DNA of 64,000 nt. Source: an uncultured Verrucomicrobiota bacterium. GTDB lineage: Bacteria; Verrucomicrobiota; Kiritimatiellia; JAAZAB01. The position numbers and the translations under genes are program-made. Shown in pieces: positions 37,662 to 47,356 of this stretch (the stretch's first letter is position 1; every line of letters begins with the position of its first letter). A model generated the notes under the pieces. The model was not told the origin of the DNA. It saw only the letters and a program-made list of their open reading frames with translations, and ran no database searches. Location of the stretch: positions 1,013-65,012 of the forward strand of contig CAZALU010000002.1 in NCBI GenBank assembly GCA_964486075.1, written 5' to 3'.

Positions 37662-39380
37662 ATGATGTTTATAACGCATTTTAATAAACTGATCCGAAAT
37701 AAGATCCTGTGGACTATTTTTGCGGCCATCATCATATGTTCCTTTGTGCTGTGGACAACCCAGACCGGCGGGTCCCAATCGGAGGCGTCGCTCAATCGCA
37801 CCGGCAAACTCGATGGAAAAATTGTGCCGGAACAGGAATTTCAATCCGCTTACTTCAATTCTATGCTCTCCATTTCGCTCATGTTCGGGAGGCCGATAAA
37901 GATCACTGCGCGGGTCAACGAGGAGTTGCGTGGCATGGCTTGGCGGCGGCTGGTGTCGTTGCGGGCGGCCCAGTCCATGGCTATATCCGTTACCCCTGAT
38001 GAAGTGGTCGCTGCGATCCAGCAACAGCCTTATTTTTTGGATAAGGGTCAATTCCAGCAGGACCGTTACAACATGTTCGTGGGCCGGTTTCTCGCCAGCC
38101 TCCAGACGAGCGAGGCGCAGTTTGAGGAATATATACGCCAGGAATTGATTTTGAATAAAACCAAGCATCTCCTGGCCCAGGGCGCCTGGGTGGCGCCGTT
38201 GGAGGTGGAGCAGGTGTTCGACCAGTTGTACGACGCTTTTGTCGTCAGCTATGTCTTCCTGGCGCAGGACGATGTCGCGCCCTTGGTCAAAGTCAGCGAG
38301 GATCAGGCCCAGGCCTACTTCGAAGGCCACCGGGAATCCTTTAAGATTCCGGAAAAAATGCGCGTAAAATGGGTCGCCTTTCCCATCGAGCTTTTTCTTG
38401 ATGAAGGCAATTTGGATGAGCAAACCCTGCGTTTTTATTATGACGAATACATTGAGGATTTCACCGTGCGTGACTCCAACGACCAGTTGCTCGCCAAACC
38501 TTTCGAGGTTGTGGAGGATGATCTGCGGTCAAAGATGGCTTGGGAGGCCGCGCTGGCCCAGGCGGGGGACCGGGCCTCGGATTTTGAGGTGGCACTCGCC
38601 CCGGACCGGCAGGGCAAGGCTCCGAGTTTCGAGGATGCAGCCCGAGCCGGCGGTTTATGCGTGGCGACATCGTCCTATTTTGCCGTCTCTCAGACGATTC
38701 CCGGGCTGGAGGACAACTTGGAATTCAGCAAGGCGGCTTTCGAACTGCGCCAAACTCCGGACGATTATTTCAGCCGCGTGCTTACGGGATCAAACGCTTA
38801 TTATCTCCTGGCGCTCGACAACCGGGTCGATGCCCGCATACCAGAATATGCAGAAGTTCGCAGCGCTGTTATCGAGGCGGCACAAGCGCAAGCCATAACT
38901 GAAAAATTGGAGCAGTTGGCCCGACTCTATTACGAGCTGGCGCTTGACGGCGTGGAGCAAGGTCTGTCTTTTACGCAAAGTTTGCAAGGAACCGGGTTGG
39001 AAGTAGAAACCACGGAACCGTTCTCGGTCAAGGAAGGATTCGAAAATACAGAGCTGGAATATTTCAATGCGCTGGTCAAGGAGGTGTTGACGCATAACAG
39101 CGGAGAGATGACCAAGCTTATTCCGGTCAAGAACGGCTATGTTTTTGGCCGCGTAGATTCGCGCCAGCCTGCCAGCCGCACCCTGTTGGAGTCGGCCCGC
39201 GCCGACCTGGTCCGCTATATCCGGCGCAGTCGGGAAGGCCTGGTTTTCAACGAATGGGAGGGATACCTGCTTGCTTCCGCCAAGTTTGAGGATCTTTTGC
39301 CCAAGCAGAGCGCTGCGTCGGAATTTGCGGACGATGATGCATTCCCCGAAGATGAGTTCCCGGACGGGGAAGATGAATAA
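37662..39380 (+). CDS. periplasmic chaperone of the SurA/PpiD family (N-terminal membrane anchor plus SurA-N-like domain)
   Basis: N-terminal TM helix ILWTIFAAIIICSFVLW followed by a long helical SurA-N-like region. No clear parvulin PPIase motif was recognised. The start was moved to MMFITHF (37662). Confidence 0.6.
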   Translation: MMFITHFNKLIRNKILWTIFAAIIICSFVLWTTQTGGSQSEASLNRTGKLDGKIVPEQEFQSAYFNSMLSISLMFGRPIKITARVNEELRGMAWRRLVSLRAAQSMAISVTPDEVVAAIQQQPYFLDKGQFQQDRYNMFVGRFLASLQTSEAQFEEYIRQELILNKTKHLLAQGAWVAPLEVEQVFDQLYDAFVVSYVFLAQDDVAPLVKVSEDQAQAYFEGHRESFKIPEKMRVKWVAFPIELFLDEGNLDEQTLRFYYDEYIEDFTVRDSNDQLLAKPFEVVEDDLRSKMAWEAALAQAGDRASDFEVALAPDRQGKAPSFEDAARAGGLCVATSSYFAVSQTIPGLEDNLEFSKAAFELRQTPDDYFSRVLTGSNAYYLLALDNRVDARIPEYAEVRSAVIEAAQAQAITEKLEQLARLYYELALDGVEQGLSFTQSLQGTGLEVETTEPFSVKEGFENTELEYFNALVKEVLTHNSGEMTKLIPVKNGYVFGRVDSRQPASRTLLESARADLVRYIRRSREGLVFNEWEGYLLASAKFEDLLPKQSAASEFADDDAFPEDEFPDGEDE

Positions 39381-39382
39381 TG

Positions 39383-40108
39383 CTAGCCGCTAGAAGCGGC
39401 GCCCCCGCCGCTTTCTTCTCTTGGCAAGTTCCTGAACTTCCTGATCATCCTGAAAAAACGGATTGTGTCGCGCAGCGGGCGGATCTTACTGATTTCATCC
39501 CGGTAAATGACTGTGATGGGCACTGAGCCCATGCGGACCCCGCGTGCCGCCAGGTGCAGGAGAATTTCCGACTCGGCCGCATATCCCGAGGATACCGGTG
39601 CTTCCGATGGGAGCACAGCGCAGCGATATAGACGGAACCCGCATTGTGTGTCGGGGACAGATTGCTTCATTTCCCGGCTGAGGTATCCGCTCATGAAACG
39701 GTTAGTCCAGCGCCGGATGAGTGGCATACTTCGCGGATTGCCCATGCGATTACCAACGAGGACCGGGAGCCCACTGCCGGCATAAATATCCAGAAAACGT
39801 GGAATATCAGAAGGCGCGTGCTGGCCATCGGCGTCCATGGTTAAGAGATGATCGAAACCATGTTCCCTGGCGTATTTAAAGCCTGTGAACAGGGCCACCC
39901 CTTTGCCGAGGTTGTGAGCGTGGCGCAGGACAATGGCGCCCGCCGCCGCCGCTTCCTGCGCCGTTTGATCCGGCGAGCCGTCGTCGATGACGATCACCGG
40001 ACGGATTATGCTGAGCACACTGCGGATCACTTCCCCGATCCGGCCCTGCTCCAGGTAGGCCGGCATGATCACGCAACCGCTTGTTGTTGATGTGTCAGAT
40101 CGATTCAT
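39383..40108 (-). CDS. family 2 glycosyltransferase (Dpm1/polyprenyl-phosphate sugar synthase-like)
   Basis: VIMPAYLEQGRIGEV...VIDDGSPDQT...TMDADGQH are GT2 DxD and associated motifs. The start was placed at MNRSDTS (40108); the long ORF-track N-terminal extension is Cys/Arg-rich junk that overlaps the next gene. Confidence 0.75.
   Translation of the reverse strand: MNRSDTSTTSGCVIMPAYLEQGRIGEVIRSVLSIIRPVIVIDDGSPDQTAQEAAAAGAIVLRHAHNLGKGVALFTGFKYAREHGFDHLLTMDADGQHAPSDIPRFLDIYAGSGLPVLVGNRMGNPRSMPLIRRWTNRFMSGYLSREMKQSVPDTQCGFRLYRCAVLPSEAPVSSGYAAESEILLHLAARGVRMGSVPITVIYRDEISKIRPLRDTIRFFRMIRKFRNLPREESGGGAASSG
39393..39422 (+). terminator. Rho-independent terminator (GAAGCGGCG-CCCC-CGCCGCTT + TCTTCTCTT)
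   Basis: A 9-10-bp GC-rich stem and a U-rich tail begin 13 nt after the stop of the PpiD-like gene. It shares an 18-mer (gctagaagcggcgccccc) with a degenerate copy at 63832. Confidence 0.55.
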
Positions 40109-40976
40109 GGTTCCTGTTGGGTTGCCAGAATTCGTCGAACATAAACCATTGCAGCGGGTGACGGGCGATTTCCATTTCCATTGCATCCCGAATCTGACGG
40201 CGAAGGTCAAGCACCGAGGTTTTGCCTGAGGGCACGATCGGCCGGTGCATACGGAGCAGGAAGGTGTCATCCGGCTGGCGCACCAGGAATGTCGGGACAA
40301 TTGGCGCACCGGTCTTGGCCGCGATGCGCGCGGGCCCGCTGGGCAAGCGCGCCGGAAGTCCGAAAAAAAGGAGCGGTTCATCCTGGTGAGTCGTGTAATC
40401 GCGGTCGGCCAGCATGGCTACGTATTCCCGATTCTTCAAGGCCTTGAGCACTCCGCGGGCGGCCTGGCCGAAGGGGATCAGGCGCAGGCCGCGCCTGGTG
40501 CGGTGCTTCTCGAACAGGTCGTTGACCTTGCCCGCGCGCTGGGGATAGAAAACAGCGCACAGGCGGCGGCCCAGCGCGCTGAGCACAGCCCCGCCCAGTT
40601 CCCAGTTGCCGAGGTGGGCTGTAACCAGGATTACGCCCCGTTCCAGGTGTTCGGCTTCCTCCAGGTAATCCAAGTGTTCCAGGCTCACCAGCCGGTTCAC
40701 TGCCTTGAGGTCGAAGCGCGAGAATTTAAAAAAGTCCACCAGGTATTTGCCGAAGTTCTGGAAGTTCTTGCGGGCCATCTGGCGCAGAGTGTCTTCCGAT
40801 GCCTGGACGCCTTGTGCTGCCAGGATCTGGCGGAAGTTTGACATCACTGCCTGCCGGCCCCTTTGATCCGTTGCGAAAAAACGGTCGGCTATGCGCAGTC
40901 CAACCCAGTAGGCGAAACGACGCGGCAGACCACGGCTAATGAGTTGCGCCAGCTGGTATGATATGTAGGGGGTCAT
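40095..40976 (-). CDS. lipid A biosynthesis late (Kdo-lipid IVA) acyltransferase family protein (LpxL/HtrB-like)
   Basis: 293 aa; an N-terminal hydrophobic anchor and the catalytic HLGNWE (HX4E) motif of the LpxL/LABLAT family. Confidence 0.75.
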   Translation of the reverse strand: MTPYISYQLAQLISRGLPRRFAYWVGLRIADRFFATDQRGRQAVMSNFRQILAAQGVQASEDTLRQMARKNFQNFGKYLVDFFKFSRFDLKAVNRLVSLEHLDYLEEAEHLERGVILVTAHLGNWELGGAVLSALGRRLCAVFYPQRAGKVNDLFEKHRTRRGLRLIPFGQAARGVLKALKNREYVAMLADRDYTTHQDEPLLFFGLPARLPSGPARIAAKTGAPIVPTFLVRQPDDTFLLRMHRPIVPSGKTSVLDLRRQIRDAMEMEIARHPLQWFMFDEFWQPNRNHESI

Positions 40977-40982
40977 GGGAGA

Positions 40983-41037
40983 ATGGTTAATGGTTGATGG
41001 TTAATGGTTGATGGCTGATGGTTAATGGTTGATGATG
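40983..41037. repeat. heptamer tandem repeat ATGGTTR x ~7.5 (ATGGTTA ATGGTTG ATGGTTA ATGGTTG ATGGCTG ATGGTTA ATGGTTG ATGATG)
   Basis: Read directly. It lies immediately upstream of the LpxL-like start codon and covers the stop codon of the small secreted-protein ORF. Confidence 0.8.
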
Positions 41038-41273
41038 TCCCGGAATGGTTCAGCTTTGTGCCGTCGAAAAGGCGTGAGCAGTTCGGTGTTGGCAATCCAG
41101 AGGGCAGGGTAGGGGGTCTGGGCAGGGATTTGGTTTGGGTTCGCGTTGGAAAGTTGATCGAGCGCCGCCTTGTCAAAGGCGACGAATCCCGCCTGGATCT
41201 CAACATTATAGCTTGCTTGCGCATGAATTGACGAAGTCATCAGGGCCAAAAGGCCAATAAGCCACTTGTTCAT
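41022..41273 (-). CDS. small secreted hypothetical protein (83 aa)
   Basis: Signal peptide MNKWLIGLLALMTSSIHAQA. A GGAGAAG ribosome-binding site lies upstream. The C-terminus runs into the heptamer repeat. Confidence 0.4.
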   Translation of the reverse strand: MNKWLIGLLALMTSSIHAQASYNVEIQAGFVAFDKAALDQLSNANPNQIPAQTPYPALWIANTELLTPFRRHKAEPFRDIINH

Positions 41274-41295
41274 ATTCTTCTCCTCGACAAATACT

Positions 41296-41326
41296 CCTGA
41301 ACCCTGAACCCCGAACCCTGAAAACC
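41296..41326. repeat. heptamer tandem repeat CCTGAAC CCTGAAC CCCGAAC CCTGAAA
   Basis: Read directly. It lies between the lipA stop and the start of the small secreted-protein gene. It shares a 19-mer with 14256-14274 in the opposite orientation. Confidence 0.8.
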
Positions 41327-41333
41327 AGCGTTG

Positions 41334-42218
41334 TTACGCTTGCCGGAACAACTCCTCCGCCTTGTAGGACGAACGTACCAGCGGACCGGCGGCCACGGCC
41401 GTAAAGCCCATGGATAGTGCCCTTTCCTTGTACTCGGCAAATCGCTCCGGCGCAACGAACCGGTCAACGGGGAGGTGGCGTCGCGACGGTGCCAGGTATT
41501 GACCGAGCGTCAGGATCTCGCACCCTGCCGCTCGTAAATCCTCCAGGGCTTGGAACAATTCGGCGTCGGTTTCGCCCAGGCCGACCATCAGGCCGGATTT
41601 AATTGCGGGATGCGAGTGGTTCCGCGAGGCTTCCTGGAGCACGCAGAGCGAGCGCTGGTAATCGGCCTGGGGCCGGGCGTTCGGCTGGAGCCGTTCGACG
41701 GTTTCCAGGTTATGGTTGAACACGTCTGGCCTGGCCTCAAGCACGGTGGTAACGGATTGCGCATTCCCTTGAAAATCGGGAGTCAACACTTCTACGGTGA
41801 TACCGGTTCCGTGCGAAGCTCCGATGCGAGGCTGGGTTTTGATCCGGTTGATGGTGGCGGCGAATGCGCCGGCGCCGCCGTCCGGCAGATCGTCCCGGGT
41901 GACGCTGGTGACGACGACATGCCGCATGTCCAAGTGAGCCGCCAGTTCAGCCACCCGGCGCGGCTCGGCGGGGTCGGGAGGCGATGGAATGCCTGTCTCA
42001 ACCGCGCAGAATCGGCATTGGCGCGTGCAGAGGTTGCCAAGAATCATAAACGTGACCGTGCCGTGCTGAAAACATTCCTGGCGGTTGGGGCAGCGCGCAC
42101 TTTGGCAGACCGTGTTTAGACCGGCGCTCTCGATCACGTCATTAATTTCGGCCAGGCGTCCGTCGCTTTGCAGCCGGATTCGAATCCATGGAGGTAGTCG
42201 CTTCATGATTGCATGCAT
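41334..42218 (-). CDS. lipA: lipoyl synthase
   Basis: CPNRQECF... and CTRQCRFC radical-SAM and auxiliary cluster motifs; 294 aa. Confidence 0.9.
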   Translation of the reverse strand: MHAIMKRLPPWIRIRLQSDGRLAEINDVIESAGLNTVCQSARCPNRQECFQHGTVTFMILGNLCTRQCRFCAVETGIPSPPDPAEPRRVAELAAHLDMRHVVVTSVTRDDLPDGGAGAFAATINRIKTQPRIGASHGTGITVEVLTPDFQGNAQSVTTVLEARPDVFNHNLETVERLQPNARPQADYQRSLCVLQEASRNHSHPAIKSGLMVGLGETDAELFQALEDLRAAGCEILTLGQYLAPSRRHLPVDRFVAPERFAEYKERALSMGFTAVAAGPLVRSSYKAEELFRQA

Positions 42219-42254
42219 AGGATTTCAAGATCGTAGAAGCGACGCCGTTTCACT

Positions 42255-42668
42255 TCAGCTTGGCCCTAACAGCGGCGGGACCGTTGCTTCCACCTTATCA
42301 GCCATGGCAAAATTAATGCTTTGTTCAGCTGCTGGGTCCAGTTTGAATTGGGCCTGGCAGGGGGATGTTAATTCTTCACGTCTCCAAACAGTTGGAAAAT
42401 CGCGGCACTGCCGGGGCTTGACGGGCTGAATCCGGCACGTATTCCCTTCCAGAAACACACAGGCGCCGTCCCCGGCCTCGGTGAGGATGAGGCCGGTACG
42501 GGAAGGATGCAGACGCGTGAAGCGATCCACGAACGAAACCGGTGTAAGATCCAGGAAACGAGCGATGGTTTCCAGTTCTTCCGGCAGAATCCGGACGAAG
42601 CCTGGCCAGCGGCAACAATTTCCACAGCGTGTGCATAGAGGTTGGGATGTTGCAGAATTGTTGATCAT
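42255..42668 (-). CDS. YkgJ family Cys-cluster protein (UPF0153, putative Fe-S/zinc-binding)
   Basis: CTRCGNCCRW...CVFLEGNTCRIQPVKPRQCRDFP matches the CxxCxxCC...C...C pattern of the YkgJ/flagellin N-methylase-like family. Confidence 0.7.
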   Translation of the reverse strand: MINNSATSQPLCTRCGNCCRWPGFVRILPEELETIARFLDLTPVSFVDRFTRLHPSRTGLILTEAGDGACVFLEGNTCRIQPVKPRQCRDFPTVWRREELTSPCQAQFKLDPAAEQSINFAMADKVEATVPPLLGPS

Positions 42669-42742
42669 GGTTGATTCTTCAAAATATTTGCCATACAGTA
42701 TGTCAGGTTAGTGACGTTTATTCAATCTGAACTTAGGAGGTC

Positions 42743-44034
42743 ATGTTGAAAACAAAAACGACGCCAGGCGATACGCGCTGGTTTGTGAGGGACCGGTTCG
42801 GCATGTTTATTCACTGGGGTCTTTATGCCCTGCCGGCGCGGCACGAGTGGATCAAGCAGGTGGAACAGATTCCGGACGAGAAGTATGCGACCTATTTTCG
42901 GCATTTCGATCCGGATCTGTATGATCCCGAGCTCTGGGCCCGGGCGGCCGCCGGGGCCGGCATGAATATTTCGTGGTCACCACCAAGCACCACGAGGGCT
43001 TCTGCCTGTGGGATTCGAAGCTGACCGATTACAAGGCGCCCAACACCCCGGCCGGGCGCGATCTGCTGCGCCCCATGGTCAATGCGTTCCGAAAACAGGA
43101 TATGCGTGTGGGCTTCTATCACTCCCTGATCGACTGGCATCACCCCGAGTTCACGATCGACGATATGCATGCTCTGCGGAATCACCCGGACCGCGCCAAG
43201 CTGAACCGCAGCCGGCGCCAGGAAATGTACGTGCGATACCTGCACGGGCAGGTCCGCGAGCTGTTGACCCGCTTCGGCAAGATCGACATCATGTGGTTTG
43301 ATTTCAGCTATCCGACCCGCGCCGGCCTGAAGGATTGGGTGGGCAAGGGCCGCGCCGAGTGGCAGAGCGAGAAGCTCTATAAACTGGTCCGCAAGCTGGC
43401 CCCGCACATCATTCTCGACGACCGGCTGGATCTCGATGAGGGCTGGGACATCAAAACGCCGGAACAGTATCAGCCGCGTGAATGGCCGATGGTGAATGGT
43501 CAACCCGTGGTCTGGGAGGCCTGCCAGACGTTTTCCGGCTCGTGGGGCTATCACCGGGATGAAGCCAGCTGGAAGAGCATCGATCAGCTCGTCCAGATGC
43601 TGGTCGACACGGTCAGCAAGGGCGGCAATCTGCTGCTGAATGTCGGACCCACCGGGCGTGGCGAGTTCGACCGGCGGGCGCTGGACCGGCTGGCGGGCAT
43701 GGGCGAGTGGATGAAACGCCACAGCCGCTCGATCTACGGCTGTACCCAGGCGCCAGCGGAATTCGTGACGCCGCGGGATTGCCGTTTGACGTACAATCCG
43801 GATAAGCGCCGGCTCTACGTGCATGTTTTTGCCTGGCCGTTTATGCACCTGCACCTGGACGGCTTGGCCGGCAAGGTGGCCTATGCGCAATTGTTGAACG
43901 ACGCTTCGGAAGTGCTCGCCAGCGAACCCGCCGAGCATCAGAAATCCTCGCAGGACAAGGGCACCATGGTCTTGACTCTACCGGTCCGCAAACCGGACGT
44001 AACCGTTCCCGTAATCGAGTTGTTCCTAAAATAA
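42743..44034 (+). pseudogene. alpha-L-fucosidase (GH29) interrupted by a single-base frameshift
   Basis: ORF 42743-43024 ends ...FGMFIHWGLYA...AAAGAGM, and ORF 42973-44034 begins (K)YFVVTTKHHEGFCLWDSK. Together they reconstitute the GH29 signature ...AGAKY-VVLTTKHHDGFxLWDS. The sequence catgaAtattt at ~42964-42967 lacks one A relative to the expected atgAAAtat. Confidence 0.75.
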
Positions 44035-44332
44035 ATCCAAGCGCGCCGCGCTGTGAACGGCACCAAGACCATAAGCGGTATTGGTTGTAGCCCCGCTCTA
44101 TGAGCGGCCGGCAGCGGAGAAGATGCGTTCCCCCGTGGATAATCTTTTGTAGCCCTCCGGCACTTGCCGGAGTGGTATTGGTCTGGGGAAGCGAGGTCCG
44201 ACATCACCGATGTCAGCTACAGTAAGAGTCGCACTCCGATTTGGATCGCTGGACCTAAATTACCAGGGAACACAAAGCAAATCTGCATGCCGAAAGCAGA
44301 CCCGCCCTCGGTGGAAATAGAGGAGACCATAA

Positions 44333-44692
44333 ATGGCTACTCGACAAGCACGGATGACGGCGATCGGAGTTTATAAATTATTGGCGTTGGTGGTGCTGGC
44401 CGGACTGATTGGCGCTCCACTGGTCAGGGCCGATCCTATAACCAACTTTTATACGACGGGAGCAGGGCAAGGGGCTGATGCCGGTGCCGGTGTTGGACAA
44501 GGGGAGTTTCCATCCGCCTGCGTTAACGGATTGGCAGACGGGTATAATTCTTGCACTGGAACCAAGCGTCTGATGCCCGGCACTATTTTTACCATTGTTT
44601 GGATGCAGCATGCGCCCAGCCTGTCCGTCGCCGGGCAGGCGGAAGGCCGGGAGCGAATGCATCTTGCCCAGCGTGCTACCCTGCGCCGATAA
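44333..44692 (+). CDS. small secreted hypothetical protein
   Basis: Signal peptide MTAIGVYKLLALVVLAGLIGAPLVRA, then a Gly/Ala-rich low-complexity segment. Weak support. Confidence 0.3.
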   Translation: MATRQARMTAIGVYKLLALVVLAGLIGAPLVRADPITNFYTTGAGQGADAGAGVGQGEFPSACVNGLADGYNSCTGTKRLMPGTIFTIVWMQHAPSLSVAGQAEGRERMHLAQRATLRR

Positions 44693-44728
44693 ATTCCGCG
44701 GGGCGGAACTGATATTGGGTTCGACTGT

Positions 44729-47356
44729 GTGCGAACGTTTTTAATCAGAAAATCTGATCGCATGATACCACCGGCGCGTCCATCCCAGCCCTTGCGGCGG
44801 CCGTTAATAGGCCTGGCCCTGGCCTTTGTCGCCGGGACCTGGGGCGCTGTGATGATCGGTAATCTTCCCCCGGCCGCGGCGGGCGCGCTTTCCGCCGGCT
44901 TGCTGATTTTTGCCTTTTTATGCCAGGCGGGGGTTAGTCTTTATCGACGCCGCCAGTCGATGGGTTCAATCGGTGTGTCTGCCTTTGCTGTTCCATCCCG
45001 TCTATTGCCCGGGCTGATCACGCTCTGCCTTTACCTTGCGGTGGGCGCTGGCGCCTGGTGCGTAGCCGGCTTGAAACTGGATGATCCCTTCCCGAACGCG
45101 CTCGCGGCCTTGCTGGAAAAACCGCGCGAGAGCGTGGAAGTGGAAGGCGTGGTCGCCGCCGAGCCGGTTGTAAGACGGCTGGCGGGCGGTGTTCGTGTGT
45201 TGGTTGATTTCCCCTTGCGTTTGGAGGCAATCCGGCGCGTAAACCCTTGGCAGAAGGCGCGGGGTACTATCCAGATTACCTGGCCGGTTCTGGCGGGCGG
45301 GGCTTATCCGCGCTACGGCGAACGCTGGCGGCTGGCAGGCGTGCTCACGGATAATGCCCGCTTCCCGGAGCCGGAATTATTTGCAGACACCACTCCCCAA
45401 TCAAAGATCGGGAATCTAATATCTAAAATCGGCTACCCCGTGACCAACGCCTCCCGTCCGGTTCTGGACTGGATCAAGCGGCGCTATACATTTTGGGCCG
45501 ATCCGGCTGCCGCGGCATGTCTTGTACCGAGCCAGGGATCCTCCCTGGTTGCGGCCTGTTTCCAGATGCGCCGGAAATGCGCCGCTACCCTGGCGTTGGG
45601 TATTGAGCATCGTCCTGAAGTCACGGGCCTGTTGCAGGCCCTGCTCCTGGGCTACCGCCGGGAACTGCCGCAGAAACCGCGCGGCGATTTTAGCCTGACC
45701 GGCACCTATCATATTTTCGCGATTTCCGGACAGCACGTGGCAATTCTGGCGTTGTTCATTGTCGTGCTTTTGCAATCCTATCGTATCTCGCGCCTAAGAT
45801 GGTTCTGGTACGTCGCTCCCATTCTGGCGGCGTTTACGGTGGCAACTGGTATGAGTGCCAGCGCCGTGCGCGGTTGTTTAATGGCCCTTTTGTGTTTCCT
45901 GGGACCGTTGCTCGGGCGGAAACCGGATATTCCCTCGGCCATAGCCTTGGCGGCGTTGATTATCATGGGCGTGGACCCGTTTCAACTTTTCGATTATGGT
46001 TTCTTGCTCTCGTTTGTGGCGGTGACCGGATTGATTGTCATGTGTCCCCCGCTGATCGAGCGCTTGACGCCGATCTTGGCTGCTGACCCCTTGCGTCTCC
46101 AGCCGGAGCCGAGGCTTGTCCGTTTAGGACGGCAATTCATCCGGGTTGTTATTTTTCTTTTCATCACGTCCTGGGCGGCCTGGTTGGCGACCACCCCTTT
46201 GATTGCGCGCTGGTTCAACCTGGTGTCGCCCATAGCATTGCTGGCGAATTTGATTGTGATCCCGGTGGCGACTCTGGTGCTGCTGGCGAGTTGTCTTGCC
46301 ATTGTTTGCGGCCTGGTACTGCCGGCTTTGGCTGAAGTGTTTAATTTCGCCAATGTGGCGCTGGTTTCCCTGTTGCTATGGATCACGGATTTAATGGCGC
46401 GAGTTCCCTATGGACACGCCTATGTCAGATCCCCGCCGCTGTGGAGCCTGGCGGTATGGTACGGCACTCTCTTGGCCTGGGTTGCCTGGCGTCAACGAAT
46501 TGTTTTTGGCATACGGCGCATCTGGCTGGCCGGTCCGATCATCCTATTCCTGGTGCTTGGCGCCGGCCGGCTTGGGTCATGGAAGACCGCGACCATGGAC
46601 CTGCTGAACTATGGAGATCAACCAGTCTGTTTTATAAACATCCCCGGCGCGGGCGATTGGCTGATTGATACCGGCGGACGATACCAGGCGCGCAAACTTA
46701 TCCGCCATCTGCGCCGCCAGGGAGTGGACCGGCTGCAGGCGGTGATCCTGACCGGAGCGGACAGTTCCCGCGCCGGCGGGTTGCCGGAGCTGCTGCAGGC
46801 CATGCCGATCCGGGAGCTATGGCTTCCGCCCGGCGCGGAAAAATCGCGAGCTTTGCGGGGCATGCTCGAAATCGCGCGCAACAGAGGCGTGCGCCTGCGC
46901 TACTGGACGGAAAACAGTCTCTCAACTGCTCCGCAATCGGTCCACATTAACATCGAACCCGGAATGTTTTATCCGACTTTGCCAGTCGCTCTGGAGTTCC
47001 ATTTATCCGGCGTCGCACAACACGCTGCGCCGACCTGGCTTCTAAGCCGGGGAACTGTCGCGCTGCTTTTCATTGATGGCGGCCCGGATTCATGCGCGGC
47101 TGCAATCCGTGATGCGCATCCGGACTTCAGTCCTAAGGTCCTGATCGAAAACCGTATGGCGGATGAGCATGAGCACAAGCGGTGGGGCGCGGAGGATGGG
47201 CGTCCGGCATGGCGGATCATCTGCGTCCGGGATTTGTGCGCAGGTGGTGATTCTGATTCTCAGCCCTGTGATCGGGATCTTCGCCTTGTACCGGGGCAGG
47301 GGATGCGTATCCGGCTGGATCGAAGCCTGGTGCGCATGGAGCGTTTGGCTCTTTGA
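44729..47356 (+). CDS. comEC: DNA internalization competence protein ComEC/Rec2 with C-terminal metallo-beta-lactamase domain
   Basis: 875 aa, polytopic. The competence-domain motif LTGTYHIFAISGQHVAIL is present, and the C-terminal ~250 aa is MBL-like. Confidence 0.85.
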   Translation: MRTFLIRKSDRMIPPARPSQPLRRPLIGLALAFVAGTWGAVMIGNLPPAAAGALSAGLLIFAFLCQAGVSLYRRRQSMGSIGVSAFAVPSRLLPGLITLCLYLAVGAGAWCVAGLKLDDPFPNALAALLEKPRESVEVEGVVAAEPVVRRLAGGVRVLVDFPLRLEAIRRVNPWQKARGTIQITWPVLAGGAYPRYGERWRLAGVLTDNARFPEPELFADTTPQSKIGNLISKIGYPVTNASRPVLDWIKRRYTFWADPAAAACLVPSQGSSLVAACFQMRRKCAATLALGIEHRPEVTGLLQALLLGYRRELPQKPRGDFSLTGTYHIFAISGQHVAILALFIVVLLQSYRISRLRWFWYVAPILAAFTVATGMSASAVRGCLMALLCFLGPLLGRKPDIPSAIALAALIIMGVDPFQLFDYGFLLSFVAVTGLIVMCPPLIERLTPILAADPLRLQPEPRLVRLGRQFIRVVIFLFITSWAAWLATTPLIARWFNLVSPIALLANLIVIPVATLVLLASCLAIVCGLVLPALAEVFNFANVALVSLLLWITDLMARVPYGHAYVRSPPLWSLAVWYGTLLAWVAWRQRIVFGIRRIWLAGPIILFLVLGAGRLGSWKTATMDLLNYGDQPVCFINIPGAGDWLIDTGGRYQARKLIRHLRRQGVDRLQAVILTGADSSRAGGLPELLQAMPIRELWLPPGAEKSRALRGMLEIARNRGVRLRYWTENSLSTAPQSVHINIEPGMFYPTLPVALEFHLSGVAQHAAPTWLLSRGTVALLFIDGGPDSCAAAIRDAHPDFSPKVLIENRMADEHEHKRWGAEDGRPAWRIICVRDLCAGGDSDSQPCDRDLRLVPGQGMRIRLDRSLVRMERLAL

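Noticed and set aside
40973-41224. 83-aa minus-strand ORF encoding STINHQP repeats
   Set aside because: It is an alternative frame through the ATGGTTR heptamer array and overlaps the LpxL-like start. The overlapping ORF 41022-41273, which has a signal peptide, is the more plausible gene.
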